This document shows, one piece after another, positions 51,401 through 64,000 of a stretch of DNA of 64,000 nucleotides. The translations under genes and the position numbers were made by a program. Position 1 is the first letter of the stretch; each line of letters starts with the position of its first letter. The DNA is from Macrostomum lignano (taxonomy: Eukaryota), in the NCBI GenBank assembly GCA_002269645.1, contig NIVC01003149.1, forward strand, positions 1-64,000. Direction: 5' to 3'. The notes beneath the pieces are model-generated. The model was given only the letters and a program-made list of their open reading frames with translations, was not told the origin of the DNA and searched no databases.

Positions 51401-54400
51401 CCGCTGCGACAACTTTTGCACGGCACCTTCAGTTGGCTCCCAGAACATGACCAGGCATGGCGGGCGCTGCAAGACGCGCTCGCTGACGCGGTCACTCTCG
51501 CTTTTCCGCATCCGGAGGCCAACTTCACAGTAACAACGGATGCCAGTGCCATGGCGATCGGTGCCTGTCTGCACCAGGTCGTAGACGGCGAGTCTACGCC
51601 TCTCGCGTTTCTGTCCAGAAAGCTTTCCGACACCGAAACTAAATACAGCACCTTCGACCGGGAGCTACTTGCTATCTTCGCCGCCATCAAGGCATGGAAG
51701 CACCTGCTGCAAGGCCAGACAGTGACGGTATTCTGTGACCACAAGCCAATTATCGGAGCCTTCGCAAGCAGCAAGGAACGCTTCTCGGACAGACAGCAGC
51801 GCCAGATGTCAGCAATCTCAGAGATTGTCACAGACGTGGTTCACATCGCCGGTAAAGACAACGTCGTTGCTGATGCGCTGTCCCGTCCCTCGAAAGACGC
51901 TGTCAACATCGCAACATCAGAAGTTCTGGTCGCGGCCGCTCATGAGATAGCCCCAACGGACGAAGACACTCAAATGTTGCCCAGTTTTGACCTGCCCGCA
52001 ATTGCACGCGCTCAACAGCTGGATTCAACGTTGCCATCGCAATCCAGCACTTTCAAGTTGTTCGACATCGGACTGACTGACTGTAAACTGCTCTGCGAAA
52101 CGTCATACCCCAATCCGCGACCAGTCGTTCCACCAGACTTGCGAAAACACATCTTCACATCGATTCATTCATTGGCCCATCCTGGTGTCAAGGCGAGCTG
52201 TCGATTGATCACCCATCGCTACTTCTGGCCGGAGATCTCTCGCGATGTGCGCCGTTGGACGGAGGAATGCCTACAATGCCAAGCCAACAAAGTAACTCAG
52301 CATGTACACCGACCATTACACCAGTTACCGACTCCCTCTCAGCGATTCGCGACGGTACACATGGATATTGTCGGACCACTAACACCACCAGAGGCTAACG
52401 GTCAACTACAGCCACGTTATCTACTGACAGTCATCGACGCCTACACCCGATGGTTGGAGGCCATTCCGCTGATAGACATCTCTGCCGCATCTGTAGCTCA
52501 AGGATTCCTCAGCGCCTGGGTGTCACGCTTTGGCCCACCCCTGACGCTCATTACGGACCAGGGTGCCCAATTCCGTGAAGAGCTCATGGAAGAGTTTACT
52601 AAGCTGTTCGGCATCCATCACATAAGAACCTCAGCGTATAACCCCCGAGCCAATGGTCTAGTGGAGCGAGCACATCGCTCTCTGAAGGCTGCTCTTCGTG
52701 CGCGAGGTCGCTGTTGGTTACAACAACTGCCGATTGTCCTACTCGGACTACGAATTCAACCTGATGATGCCGGCCACTGCCCATTCCCGGTGTAACAGGC
52801 GAGCAACCGATCGTACCACCGGTAGTCACAGAGGATGCCAGCCTGAGCCAACTATCCAATCGTCTTCACAATCTGTTCTACCCCTACCGTCTGCCACGCA
52901 CGCGCGCAACACCGGTGCACCTTCCGGACAACCTACAGAGCTGCAGCCACGTCTGGCTCCGGCTCGACCGTGTCCGTAAGCCGTTGGAAGCACCTTACCA
53001 AGGTCCATTTCCTGTTCTGCACCGTTCACCGCTCACCTTTACACTCGACATCCGCGGGACACCTACGAGCGTTGCAATCGACCGCGTTAAACCAGCACGG
53101 TTGCCCACTCCCCAGCGCGATGAGCCTACCAAGACCTCCGATACGGATGAGCCCATCCGAGCAAGGTTGAGACCCCGCCGTGTCACTTTTGCGTGAACTT
53201 TGTGTGGTTTGTGCCCCTATGGACACTAAGAACATGTTCTTGTTTGTGCATGATGCTGTTTTCATGATGTTACTGTACCGAACCGATGCACATATAGTTA
53301 TCTTCCTTTTGGGAGGGGGGGGTAGTTATAGCACTATGTGTTTTAATATAACACTTCAACACTAAGTATGCTTCTATTGTCTATGGCAGTTGTTAATAAT
53401 CAAATACAGTTCGACAGCGCGAAGCTAAGAAGCCAGAGCGGCATTTCCTATCGATAGCTTCACACTTTTGTTCCACTGCAATTATCTGCTTTTTCATAGT
53501 TGTAGCACCCGCTAAAAGGAATTGTCAGCGTCCTTTAACCCTATATACCCGACCTCACAACATCGCAGGTCTGTCAAGCGGTACACCCTCCCCAATCGAG
53601 CAGCCCTACAACATGCACGAGTCGTACGATCAGCAGGCTAACATCACCATGATGGAGGGCGACGCGACACTGTTCTTTGCCACAGACAAAGGAAAATACG
53701 GGACTGGCCGATTGGCAAAGATTAACGACTTCTCGCGCGGTAAGATCTGCAGGATGAACTACGATTTTCTGTAGAAGAGCTTCCATAAGAATCTTTGCGC
53801 GGAATCTTTGTCGGAATGTCGCAAGAATGGGCCACTCGCTATCTGTGACTGTGTATTTCATTCACAGAGAGGTGAAACTAGCTCGTGGCGATAGACATTC
53901 AAGACGGTCAACAAGCGTTACTCATTCGTAGAATTAAAAAACTCAGATTGGTTTATTAGAAGCAGAAGGCTGTGTGCACCCTGGCGCACTTTAAGCGACA
54001 TTGTCACACAACCGGCGAGAGGCATTACTGCCTATTCCGGCCGACTCCCCTGAGCAGGCACACAAGCGCGCGGATACGTACGCAGTCGTACGCACAGGCA
54101 CAAACTCACACAGGAGTGTACAGCGGCCCTAACTTTATTTATCGTTTGGCATGTACACTTCACTGTGCCTTGGGGGGGGGGAGCAAATTAATGCAACTGC
54201 ACTTGGAATCGAGCCTGGGTCGCTGGCACACAAGAGCGCCGCACTAGACCAGTACTATGCTACGGCCCCCTCCAGAATGATTCAGTGATGTTGTAAAGGA
54301 AATGTTCTGTTTTACATTACTGTTAGGGTATATTGATTGTGAATAACAGTAGAATTTTGCAAAGACACGCCAAGATATTTCGGTTTTGACCATAGACATA

Positions 54401-57400
54401 AACTCGGAACCAATGAAAGCCTATAGTTTGCTAGGCACTACACATTTTGACATGTACACGAGACTGTCTATCTGAGTGAAATTTAACAATATTACTCAAT
54501 CCGCATCGCTACTTCAACCTTTCAGGCATATCCTACATCAAGAATATGCACTATGGAAATTGTTCATTTGACAAGATCCCGGAGGACAGCTGGGATGCGA
54601 CTATCACACCGGGTGGTGCCAGATTGAAATCACCAGCGGAATTCTACTTTCCCAGTTTGAACGAATTGCAGTACAAAGGCAGCGTAAGTGTCTTTTAGTT
54701 GCCGTTGATACAACGGATTTTCCACGATCGAAAACCAAGCCATGCAAAAACCTTCAACACTACTTCTAAGGCTTCTGGTTTAAATGAAAAGCACAAATCT
54801 GTATTTAAGTTAGCTAGTAGATTTGAAGTAGAGAATAAATACAGTAGATTAGAAGTTCTATCACATTTATTAGAAGGTAGAAACATTAGATTAGATAGTG
54901 GAAACCTTTGATTAAATAGTGGAAAACTTAGATTATAGTGGAAACCTGAGATTATATAGTGAAAACCATAGATTAGATAGTGGACAACTTAGACTGGATA
55001 GTGGAAACCTGGGATTATATAGTGAAAACCATAGAGTAGATAGGGAAAACAATGAGTAGATGGTGGAAACCATTGATTTGATCGTCGGTAACCAATAATT
55101 AGATTAGAGGATATAAACTTTAGTTTAGAACCTATTTTAAAGTGAAGCTTATACATGTAGATTGTTAAATAGGAAAAAATAAAGGCCATAAAATAAATGC
55201 CGTCCAGGTCAATTATTATTAAAAAAGTTGCTAAAAATATTATTACAGGGTATTTATCGCGACACGGATGTTGATGTTTTCATTGGCTACAAGGATAACT
55301 ACGTAGACATTGGCGACGGCAAGAAATACCCAGTGACTGTGGAATACTATCTTCAGATTGTAAGCTTAACCTTGGTTTTTGATGTTTTTATTTCGATATT
55401 ATTACATACTACGAGTACTTACTAGCTCGAATCAATGGAGTTTCTTCGTTACAGAAGACAACAAGCGACATGGACGGCAACCCGAAGTACGAAGCGGTTC
55501 CAAGAGGCATTTACTCAGCTGTAGCTCAACCGGTAAACATTTTTAACTAAAAGATTAGGCTTACTTTACAGTACTTATAACAGTAGTAAAGCCACTACCA
55601 AACTCTTGGGGCAGAAAAGCTTTAGCACCCACGAAGGGGGCTCAGGAGGCCAACCCCCAAGGCACAGACTTTATAAAGCCGGAAAATACTAACCACAACA
55701 GCAAAAGATCAGATGAAAATAGCAAATCACTTTCTTAAAAAGTTTTATAATACGCTCGTAGCAAACAAGACTACGATGTCTAAGATGCTTCTTAGCCATG
55801 GTCAGTTCGCTCAAAATGTAACCGACATTCTTCTGTCGTTCGTTGGCATTGCGACCGAGACTGCCAGTGTACGTAACTCGTTGATGGCGTGCATAATTGT
55901 CACTTGTTTGCGCACTTTATAAACTGCACGAGGAATTGCCGTGCGTTTCACAGCCAGGAGGGCCAACTCCCAAGACACAGAGAGTGTACATGTCTGACGA
56001 TTTGAAGTCAAAGCCGCTGTACACTGTGTGAGCGTTTGCACGAGTGCTTGTCAGAGAGTCCCCAGAGTTCGCCGAAGGCGTTCCCGCCATCTATTACTAT
56101 TAGTATTATTATTAACCTCAAACTGCAGCTTCGCATCTACACAATGACGGACGTCTTTGACTACAACACTAAGCTGCCTCGAGTTTACGAGCACGACATC
56201 TCAGACTGTTTCAGCAGCACCGATGAGCAGCATTTTGAGCTGATTCTGACGACTTGTGAGTGAAAAGATGAATTGAAAATATGTTGAGCCCCTGACAGTC
56301 CAATAAATTTGCAATCATTTTTAGCCGGGATCAGTGACGAATCGCACATGAAATATCTGAAGAGTCATCTCAACGAGTTTTTCTACTCACTCGTGGCCGG
56401 CATCTCCAAGGCGATTAATATCTCGCCGTTGAGAGTTCTGGAGCCTAAGGTTAGTTACAATTTTATTTGAAATCACTTAACTTGTATTCTATTCACTTAG
56501 AACCAGTCAAAGTCATACCTCATAGTTCAAAATAGAACCGAAGCAACGTCATCGGTAATTCAGTACCGCTACTCATATTGACAACAGTAGTGTAGCCAGG
56601 GTCTTTCACTTTGGTTTTCGGCTTTAGAACCAGGGGCTTTAGCACCAGGGGCTTTAGCACCAGGGGCTTTAGCACCAGGGGCTTTAGCACCAGGGGCTTT
56701 AGCACCCGCGGCTTTAGCACCAGGGGCTTTAGCACCAGGGGCTTTAGCACCAGCGGCTTTAGCACCAGGGGCTTTAGCACCAGGGGCTTTAGCACCAGGA
56801 GCTTTAGCACCAGGGGCTTTAGCACCAGGGGCTTTAGCACCAGGAGCTTTAGCACCAGTGGCTTTAGCACCAGCGGCTTTAGCACCAGGGGCTTTGGCAC
56901 CAGCGGCTTTAGCACCAGGGGCTTTAGCACCAGGGGCGTTAGCACCAGGGGCGCAGTCACCAACCAGACATTGTTTAACCGGTGCCCTTAGCCATGACGT
57001 ACATTGTTACATGTACTAATCATACAATTTCACCTCCCACACCTTAGCTAAGTCTGTTCGCTGAGCCGCTGATGCTTGTCGAAGTGACAATTAGCGAGCG
57101 CGCGAATGTGCCCGGCTACACGCCAAGCCAGCCGGAGTCAACTCTGGCCGAGGTTGCGCCCAAACTGACTGAGGCAATCAATAAGAAAACTCTATACGTT
57201 CAGATTCTTGATGGCGAGATTATGTTTGACATACCTGTTAATGACTTTGTTCAGATGGATGCGAGAAGGTATTTATTCGCATCGTTATGAATTTTAATTA
57301 AGTATTCGACCGTATGCACTTGTGCACGCTATATAACTTGTTCAAAAATGCTAATTTCAGGACTGAAAAAACGGAATCGCAAGGAGGACTGTCTCCAGGT

Positions 57401-58209
57401 AAAATCAATGTCTTGTGTGTTTTTGGAAAGCAAGAAAGTCTTCATCTTTAATATGGGGCACTGAGACGTTAGAAAAGCGCCGAGACCGACACCTATGCAT
57501 GACACCGGGATAGACACTTGGGCACCAGGATATTCATATAGCACAATCTGGATAGACACTTAGACATCAGGATGGACATATAGAACAACCAAAGAGACAC
57601 TTGGACATAAGGACAGACACCTTGGACACCAAGGATAGACATATAAAACAATATGGATAGACACTTGGACACCATGATTGCCATATAAAACAATCTGGAT
57701 AGACGCTTGGACATCAAGATAGACACTTTGGACACCGGGATAAAGACTTGGACACCCGGATAGACACTTGGAAACCAGGATAGACATATAAAACAAACAA
57801 GATAAACACTTGGACACCAGGATAGACACTTTGGACACCAGGATAAAGACGTGGACACTAGGATAGATACTTGGACACCGGGATAAAGACGTGGACACTA
57901 GGATAGATATTTGAACACCGGGATAAAGACGTGGACACTAGGATAGAGACTTGGAAACCAGGATAGCCATATAAAACAACCAGGATAGAGAGAAGATGAT
58001 GGCATATCAAAGAATGCTTCCGAAGAAGGATCTTTAAACCAGCATTCTCAAACCAAACTCACGAAATCTAAGGAGCCGCAGCAGGTCTCAGCATTGGCAT
58101 GCTCATACTCGGTGCACTGATCGCCCTGCTGGTGATCTTCGGTCTGAGTTACTTCCGCAACAACTCTGTGTTCGGCTTCAAGCCGTTTGGAAACGGCGCC
58201 GAAGGCTGA
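45423..58209 (+). CDS. Type I membrane protein with signal peptide, repeated probable ependymin/LolA-like beta modules and a C-terminal TM helix. Exons 45423-45522, 46176-46400, 47549-47748, 47825-47912, 47945/47953-48120 (ambiguous), 48637-48780, 53569-53739, 54526-54683, 55249-55359, 55455-55532, 56129-56255, 56325-56449, 57048-57268, 57361-57398, 58073-58209
   Basis: Signal peptide [24 protein letters not shown] and TM segment [29 protein letters not shown] phases match except for one ambiguous exon. Motifs APKGVYC..P..F.F..E, ESYD, NDFSRGISY..GNC, HDISDC and ISPLRV recall an invertebrate ependymin/LolA-like repeat family (family call from memory, unverified). Confidence 0.75.
45780..45950. 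repeat. Degenerate short repeat (ggacagatagacacta)
   Basis: Imperfect tandem units. Confidence 0.6.
48243..48358. repeat. 20-bp repeat (cctagtggtcgccactgtct), ~6 copies
   Basis: Visible units with the hairpin agtgg-tcg-ccact. Confidence 0.92.
49290..50114 (+). CDS. gag: Gag of the Gypsy element
   Basis: [21 protein letters not shown]-terminal motif and the Cx2Hx9Cx3C motif [18 protein letters not shown]. Confidence 0.9.
   Translation: MPSKRSKRQTVANTTGSTSTTERDTASTAQESINRGTVRPPPFYRKAPDVWFRQLESQFVLARITCPTRKFHHALSALPEDVACDIADVEDDYEALKSAVTELLRANRHQRIEEALAAVELGDRRPTQLVTDIRRRFSEVGLQVDDSIVKSRLLSALPGNIRSALVGHESEALDNFARIADSMLAVAGPTTPFHTIARATAAPSAPSPGNAREARPQRRTRQSRQKVCNGHIYYGAEARTCRPWCQWPGPKPQRVLKSRQATPAQSRAASPTNA
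50018..53196 (+). CDS. pol: Pol (protease, RT, RNase H, integrase). Main ORF 50018-52795; the integrase C-terminus (GPY/F) continues in another frame to 53196 after a frameshift near 52787
   Basis: [86 protein letters not shown] and IDRVKPA. Confidence 0.95.
53952..54270 (-). mobile_element. SINE family A, copy 3 (with tRNA head and an internal deletion)
   Basis: Matches copy 1 in both the head (ggggccgtagc...ggctcgattccaagtgcag) and the body. Confidence 0.75.
54895..55060. repeat. Degenerate ~21-bp repeat (agattagatagtggaaacc)
   Basis: Imperfect tandem units. Confidence 0.7.
55715..55926 (-). pseudogene. Inverted, decayed duplicate of NEK10 exon 5 (kinase subdomains I-IV) plus its donor region
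   Basis: The reverse complement aligns by eye with ~34264-34465 (gtttataaagtgcgcaaacaag, acgaacgacagaagaatgtcggttacatt, gaactgaccatggc, gcatcttagacatc, tattataaaactttt), with indels. Confidence 0.9.
56628..56952. repeat. 15-bp minisatellite (gggctttagcaccag), ~21 copies
   Basis: Visible units; reverse complement of the 35586 repeat. Confidence 0.95.
57500..57990. repeat. Degenerate ~21-bp repeat (ggatagacacttggacacca)
   Basis: Imperfect tandem units in the last intron. Confidence 0.8.
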
Positions 58210-58732
58210 GAGAGAATGTGCTTCGCTGGTGATTATTCGTTTAAACAAACCCGTTATAGCTATTATTCGTGTGAGCTCAGATGTTAAAAAATTAACTTTG
58301 ATAAACAAAATCAACATGAGCCAGTTTTCGAAAAGTAATAAACATTTTTCAAACCGATAACATTCGCTAGACTTAATATTTCAACAATATCAATAAATTG
58401 ATAAATATACTAGTATACTCGTTTCTGGCGTTTCTAGTTAACATAGAAATGTTTTGACAATTTCAACGCTTCACTTTGTTTATTGACTTGTATGGATCAC
58501 AATACTAAACGTTTCCGACGTGAATTGACTTCGCTAAAAATGTGGGTAATTTTACTTTTCCTTTGAATAGGTGTTACACTTCTTTATGATACTGACCAAT
58601 ATACGAGCTAGAGTATCGGGGAGTATTTTCATAAGACTGAAATTTTCACAGCGTCGAAAAAAGTATTGCTGATCACTTCCGCCGTCTCATACTGAGCCGA
58701 TTTCGACGATATGACGTTACAAGCTGTGATGT

Positions 58733-59210
58733 TTCGAGTCTGTGATGTTTCGAGCTTGTGATGTTTCGAGCTTGTGATGTTTCGAGTATGTGATGTGATG
58801 TTTAGAATCTGTGATGTTTCGAGCTTGTGATGTTTCGAGTATGTGATGTGATGTTTAGAATCTGTGATGTGATGTTTCGAGTATGTGATGTGATGTTTAG
58901 AATCTGTGATGTGATGTTTCGAGTATGTGATGTGATGCTTCGAGTTTGTGATGTGATGTTTCGAGTTGTGATGTTTCGAGTATGTGATGTGATGTTTAGA
59001 ATCTGTGATGTGATGTTTCGAGTATGTGATGTGATGCTTCGAGTTTGTGATGTGATGTTTCGAGTTGTGATGTTTCGAGTATGTGATGTGATGTTTAGAA
59101 TCTGTGATGTGATGTTTCGAGTATGTGATGTGATGCTTCGAGTTTGTGATGTGATGTTTCGAGTTGTGATGTTTCGAGTCTGTGATGTGATGTTTAGAGC
59201 CTGTGATGTT
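58733..59210. repeat. 16-21-bp compound repeat (tgtgatgtgatgtttcgag..)
   Basis: Visible tandem units. Confidence 0.9.
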
Positions 59211-59894
59211 TTGAGTCGGCGATGTAGACGTTTCAAGTGACGTGATGCTTTGAGCTTGTAAATCGACCCCCTTCAAAAAAGAAGTTGTCTGTCCAATGCG
59301 ACAATGAGACATTTTAAAGAATGGCCTTCAATTTCTGTAGAAATCTTGCTGTCCAAAAACATATCATTATTTTAATCATACAGTACTATTAGTACAAGTA
59401 CAATACAATACTAGGCAACAATTGATTAAAATTAGTTTAATTCAGTTGAGTTCTATATTTAGCATTTTACGCGCTGCGTTAAAATATCTGCTGCACTTAA
59501 AGCAGCACTAATGAAATGCGCTGCCCCGCGGCACTGTGCTCGCAGTGACAGAAAATCTATGGTGTACAAAAGCTAATGTACACCAAACTAAACTGCGGGA
59601 GGGGGTCTGAGTGAGACAAGAAAGAGAGAAAAGAGAAATGGCTGGCAAAGCAACGGGTTAAAAGCACAATTATCGTCAGCAACGCGAGTGCATACATGAA
59701 TAGGCTTACAAAAGTGGGTGGATTTCGAACAAGCTAGAAGGATAGAACTGACAGAATTGAAAGCGCATTCTCCGCTTTGCCGACCCAGTAAGTGACCAAA
59801 GATTAATATTTAAAGACAATTCTCTCGACAAGGCAAGGTACAGAAATTTCATCTTAATTGTGTTGCTGAACGTCGCTACAGGTGACCGTGAACT

Positions 59895-62082
<2,188 letters not shown>

Positions 62083-64000
62083 GCAGCGTCGCCGCTTAGT
62101 GCAGTGCTCTGACAGCAGAGACTCTGTAATGAGTAATACCGAATGGAAAGACTAAAAACTTTTTTTATTGAAAAATACCAAAATATTGGAGCTTATTGTA
62201 CGGAAAGGAATCATGTTTAAAACAAAATAAAAACTTTTTTTACTTTAAAAAAGGCTTGACTGTCTTTATCTACTACGATTTCGAAAGAAAAAATCATCGC
62301 TTACCATGCCTGCTTAGAGCCAACGGAAACGTGATTTTTTGTTAGATAGCTTTACTTTAACGCTTGGAACTCGCTGCATAAACAAACAAATCGCATTGCT
62401 TGCTATCGATAGGACTTGGCAAAATGATCTAATATATGTCTATGCATATTTCTTTGGTGGTTTTTTGTTTGTTAAAAAGAGCTTCATTTGCGATTTTTAT
62501 CTTCAAATGCGTGAAGTTTGGAGTTTGTTTCTTTATTTAACTGCCTGGCGTCTGTTCGATTTCGGATTCTCTCGGTGTAGCTAACTGGCATAGTTAAGAT
62601 GAGGATCGTTAGTTTTGACTTTTTTACAATCTACAAAGTCTCTACAGACCAGCACCTCGCTGAAAAATTGAACAAGATTGGAAGAACAGAATGTCAAGGA
62701 CATTCCCTACTTAGTTGCCGCCCCTTGATGTTGATTCTGGCGCAATCACCGTAAGAGTCAAGAATAGCAGGATGGAATACCATTTCAATAGTTGTTTTGA
62801 AATTCAAAATACCATTTCAAAATGGTGCTCAAGGATTTCCAGATTCTTTCTGTCAGAAAAGGGGGCCCTACACAGAGGGGACACCTTCAAGGTATCTATA
62901 AATCTGTTATTGAGACAGACGTCTAAGCTGACTATTGCATTGTTGGAATTGTCGTAATCTTAATTAGTATCAGAGATTTTTAGGGTATTTTATTAGACGA
63001 CTGCATGTAGCCAGTCCTCTGCGACACTCGGGTACATCGTACCATGAACAAATGGTATTGTCAATATTATTAAGCCCAGTTTCTGAGAAGAGACCAATAC
63101 TAATATTTGTATTGTACAACCACATTTTACTGTCATTAATCTTTTTGTTCAGCTTGTTACAATTTAAATTCCCAATATTGAGGGTTCAATTCTACGAGTA
63201 TTGCTGTCAGTAGCCATATCGAAATTTAATTTAGCTCGTATAACTCAGTTCAGGACTCGGTTCTGCTTCCGCACATCGAGGTGGCTTCAGCTTCACCTAC
63301 CCTGACTGCGGGCTCTCTCGGGCAAAAGAAGGTCGCCAGGACTTCACTCGAAGGGCCCCGAATTGATCTCAAGAGCCCGTTGATTTCTTTATCTTTTGGT
63401 GCGGCAAGTATTAAGTTCAAATCTTGATGACTATCTATCTGTGAATACATTATAGTCTGTGTTGTGAAACAGTTCTTATACAGACTTGATTCTTACGTTA
63501 TGAAGGTTTTTAGGACAGCATCTAGTAGCGTTAGTAGCGTCAGTGGCAGCGTTACTTGTAGAAATGGAATTTAGGACTATTTAGGGACTATCTATTGCAT
63601 TTTGTACAAAATTCGACTACTGAGAGTACATGTAGTTTTAATAAGCAGTTTGTACAGTTATTTTTTGTCTTTTACTATTAATTTGGTAGTTTGAATTGCT
63701 TTCATTAGTTTTAAGTAACTGAGACCGCGACTCTCCAAGTGAGTATATGGTGTAGCTAACCATTCTTTGTGACCCTAGATACTCCTTTTTTATAACTTAT
63801 GCTAGAAGATCTACATGTATTCGTTAAGTTACTCTTCTCTGCAGTAAAACAAATCTGCGATCATTTCTTATTTATCAGGCAAAACTAACAGAACTATTTT
63901 TTTATTAACTACGTTTCCTTTGTTACTAAACGTCTAATAAATGACAGAAGCTATACAAAATTCATTTAACTTCTATAATTTACATTTCGAGTACATTGTT

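Larger units (their letters stand above)
49047..53514 (+). mobile_element. Ty3/Gypsy LTR retrotransposon (CsRn1-like CHCC gag), near-intact, in an intron of the membrane-protein gene. LTRs 49047-49242 and 53327-53514
   Basis: The LTRs differ only by an 8-bp indel and one substitution. PBS TGGTAGCAGAG at 49248 is complementary to the initiator tRNA-Met 3' end. PPT gggagggggggg precedes the 3' LTR. Confidence 0.96.

Noticed and set aside
62620-63450. Possible decayed transposon or LINE coding fragments (ORFs 62715-62957, 63250-63450)
   Set aside because: No recognisable catalytic motif or termini.

Overview
Eukaryotic (metazoan) genomic DNA with GT-AG introns and GC-rich, Gln/Gly-rich exons. 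The style suggests a free-living flatworm such as Macrostomum, which is inference only. I reconstructed these genes by splice-phase matching: (1) a secreted PAN/Apple + ALK/LTK-type glycine-rich-domain protein (2676-5338, +); (2) Nup96 (7268-15988, -) and, upstream, Nup98 FG/GLEBS (19950-25526, -), with no autoproteolytic domain exon between them; (3) NEK10 (30345-41484, +), head-to-head with Nup98; (4) a 15-exon type I membrane protein with probable ependymin/LolA-like modules (45423-58209, +); (5) a 3-exon LRAT/PLAAT-family gene (59895-62082, +). Mobile DNA includes a young Gypsy element with a CHCC gag (49047-53514), a solo LTR (38054-39088), a dead DD34D mariner (43577-44926) and two tRNA-derived SINE families. 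Many Nup98/Nup96 and NEK10 introns hold their own private minisatellite array. The top lead is that the Nup98-Nup96 polyprotein appears split, or at least lacks its autoprotease: Nup98 ends at a stop codon and Nup96 starts at its own ATG. An assembly defect cannot be excluded from sequence alone.
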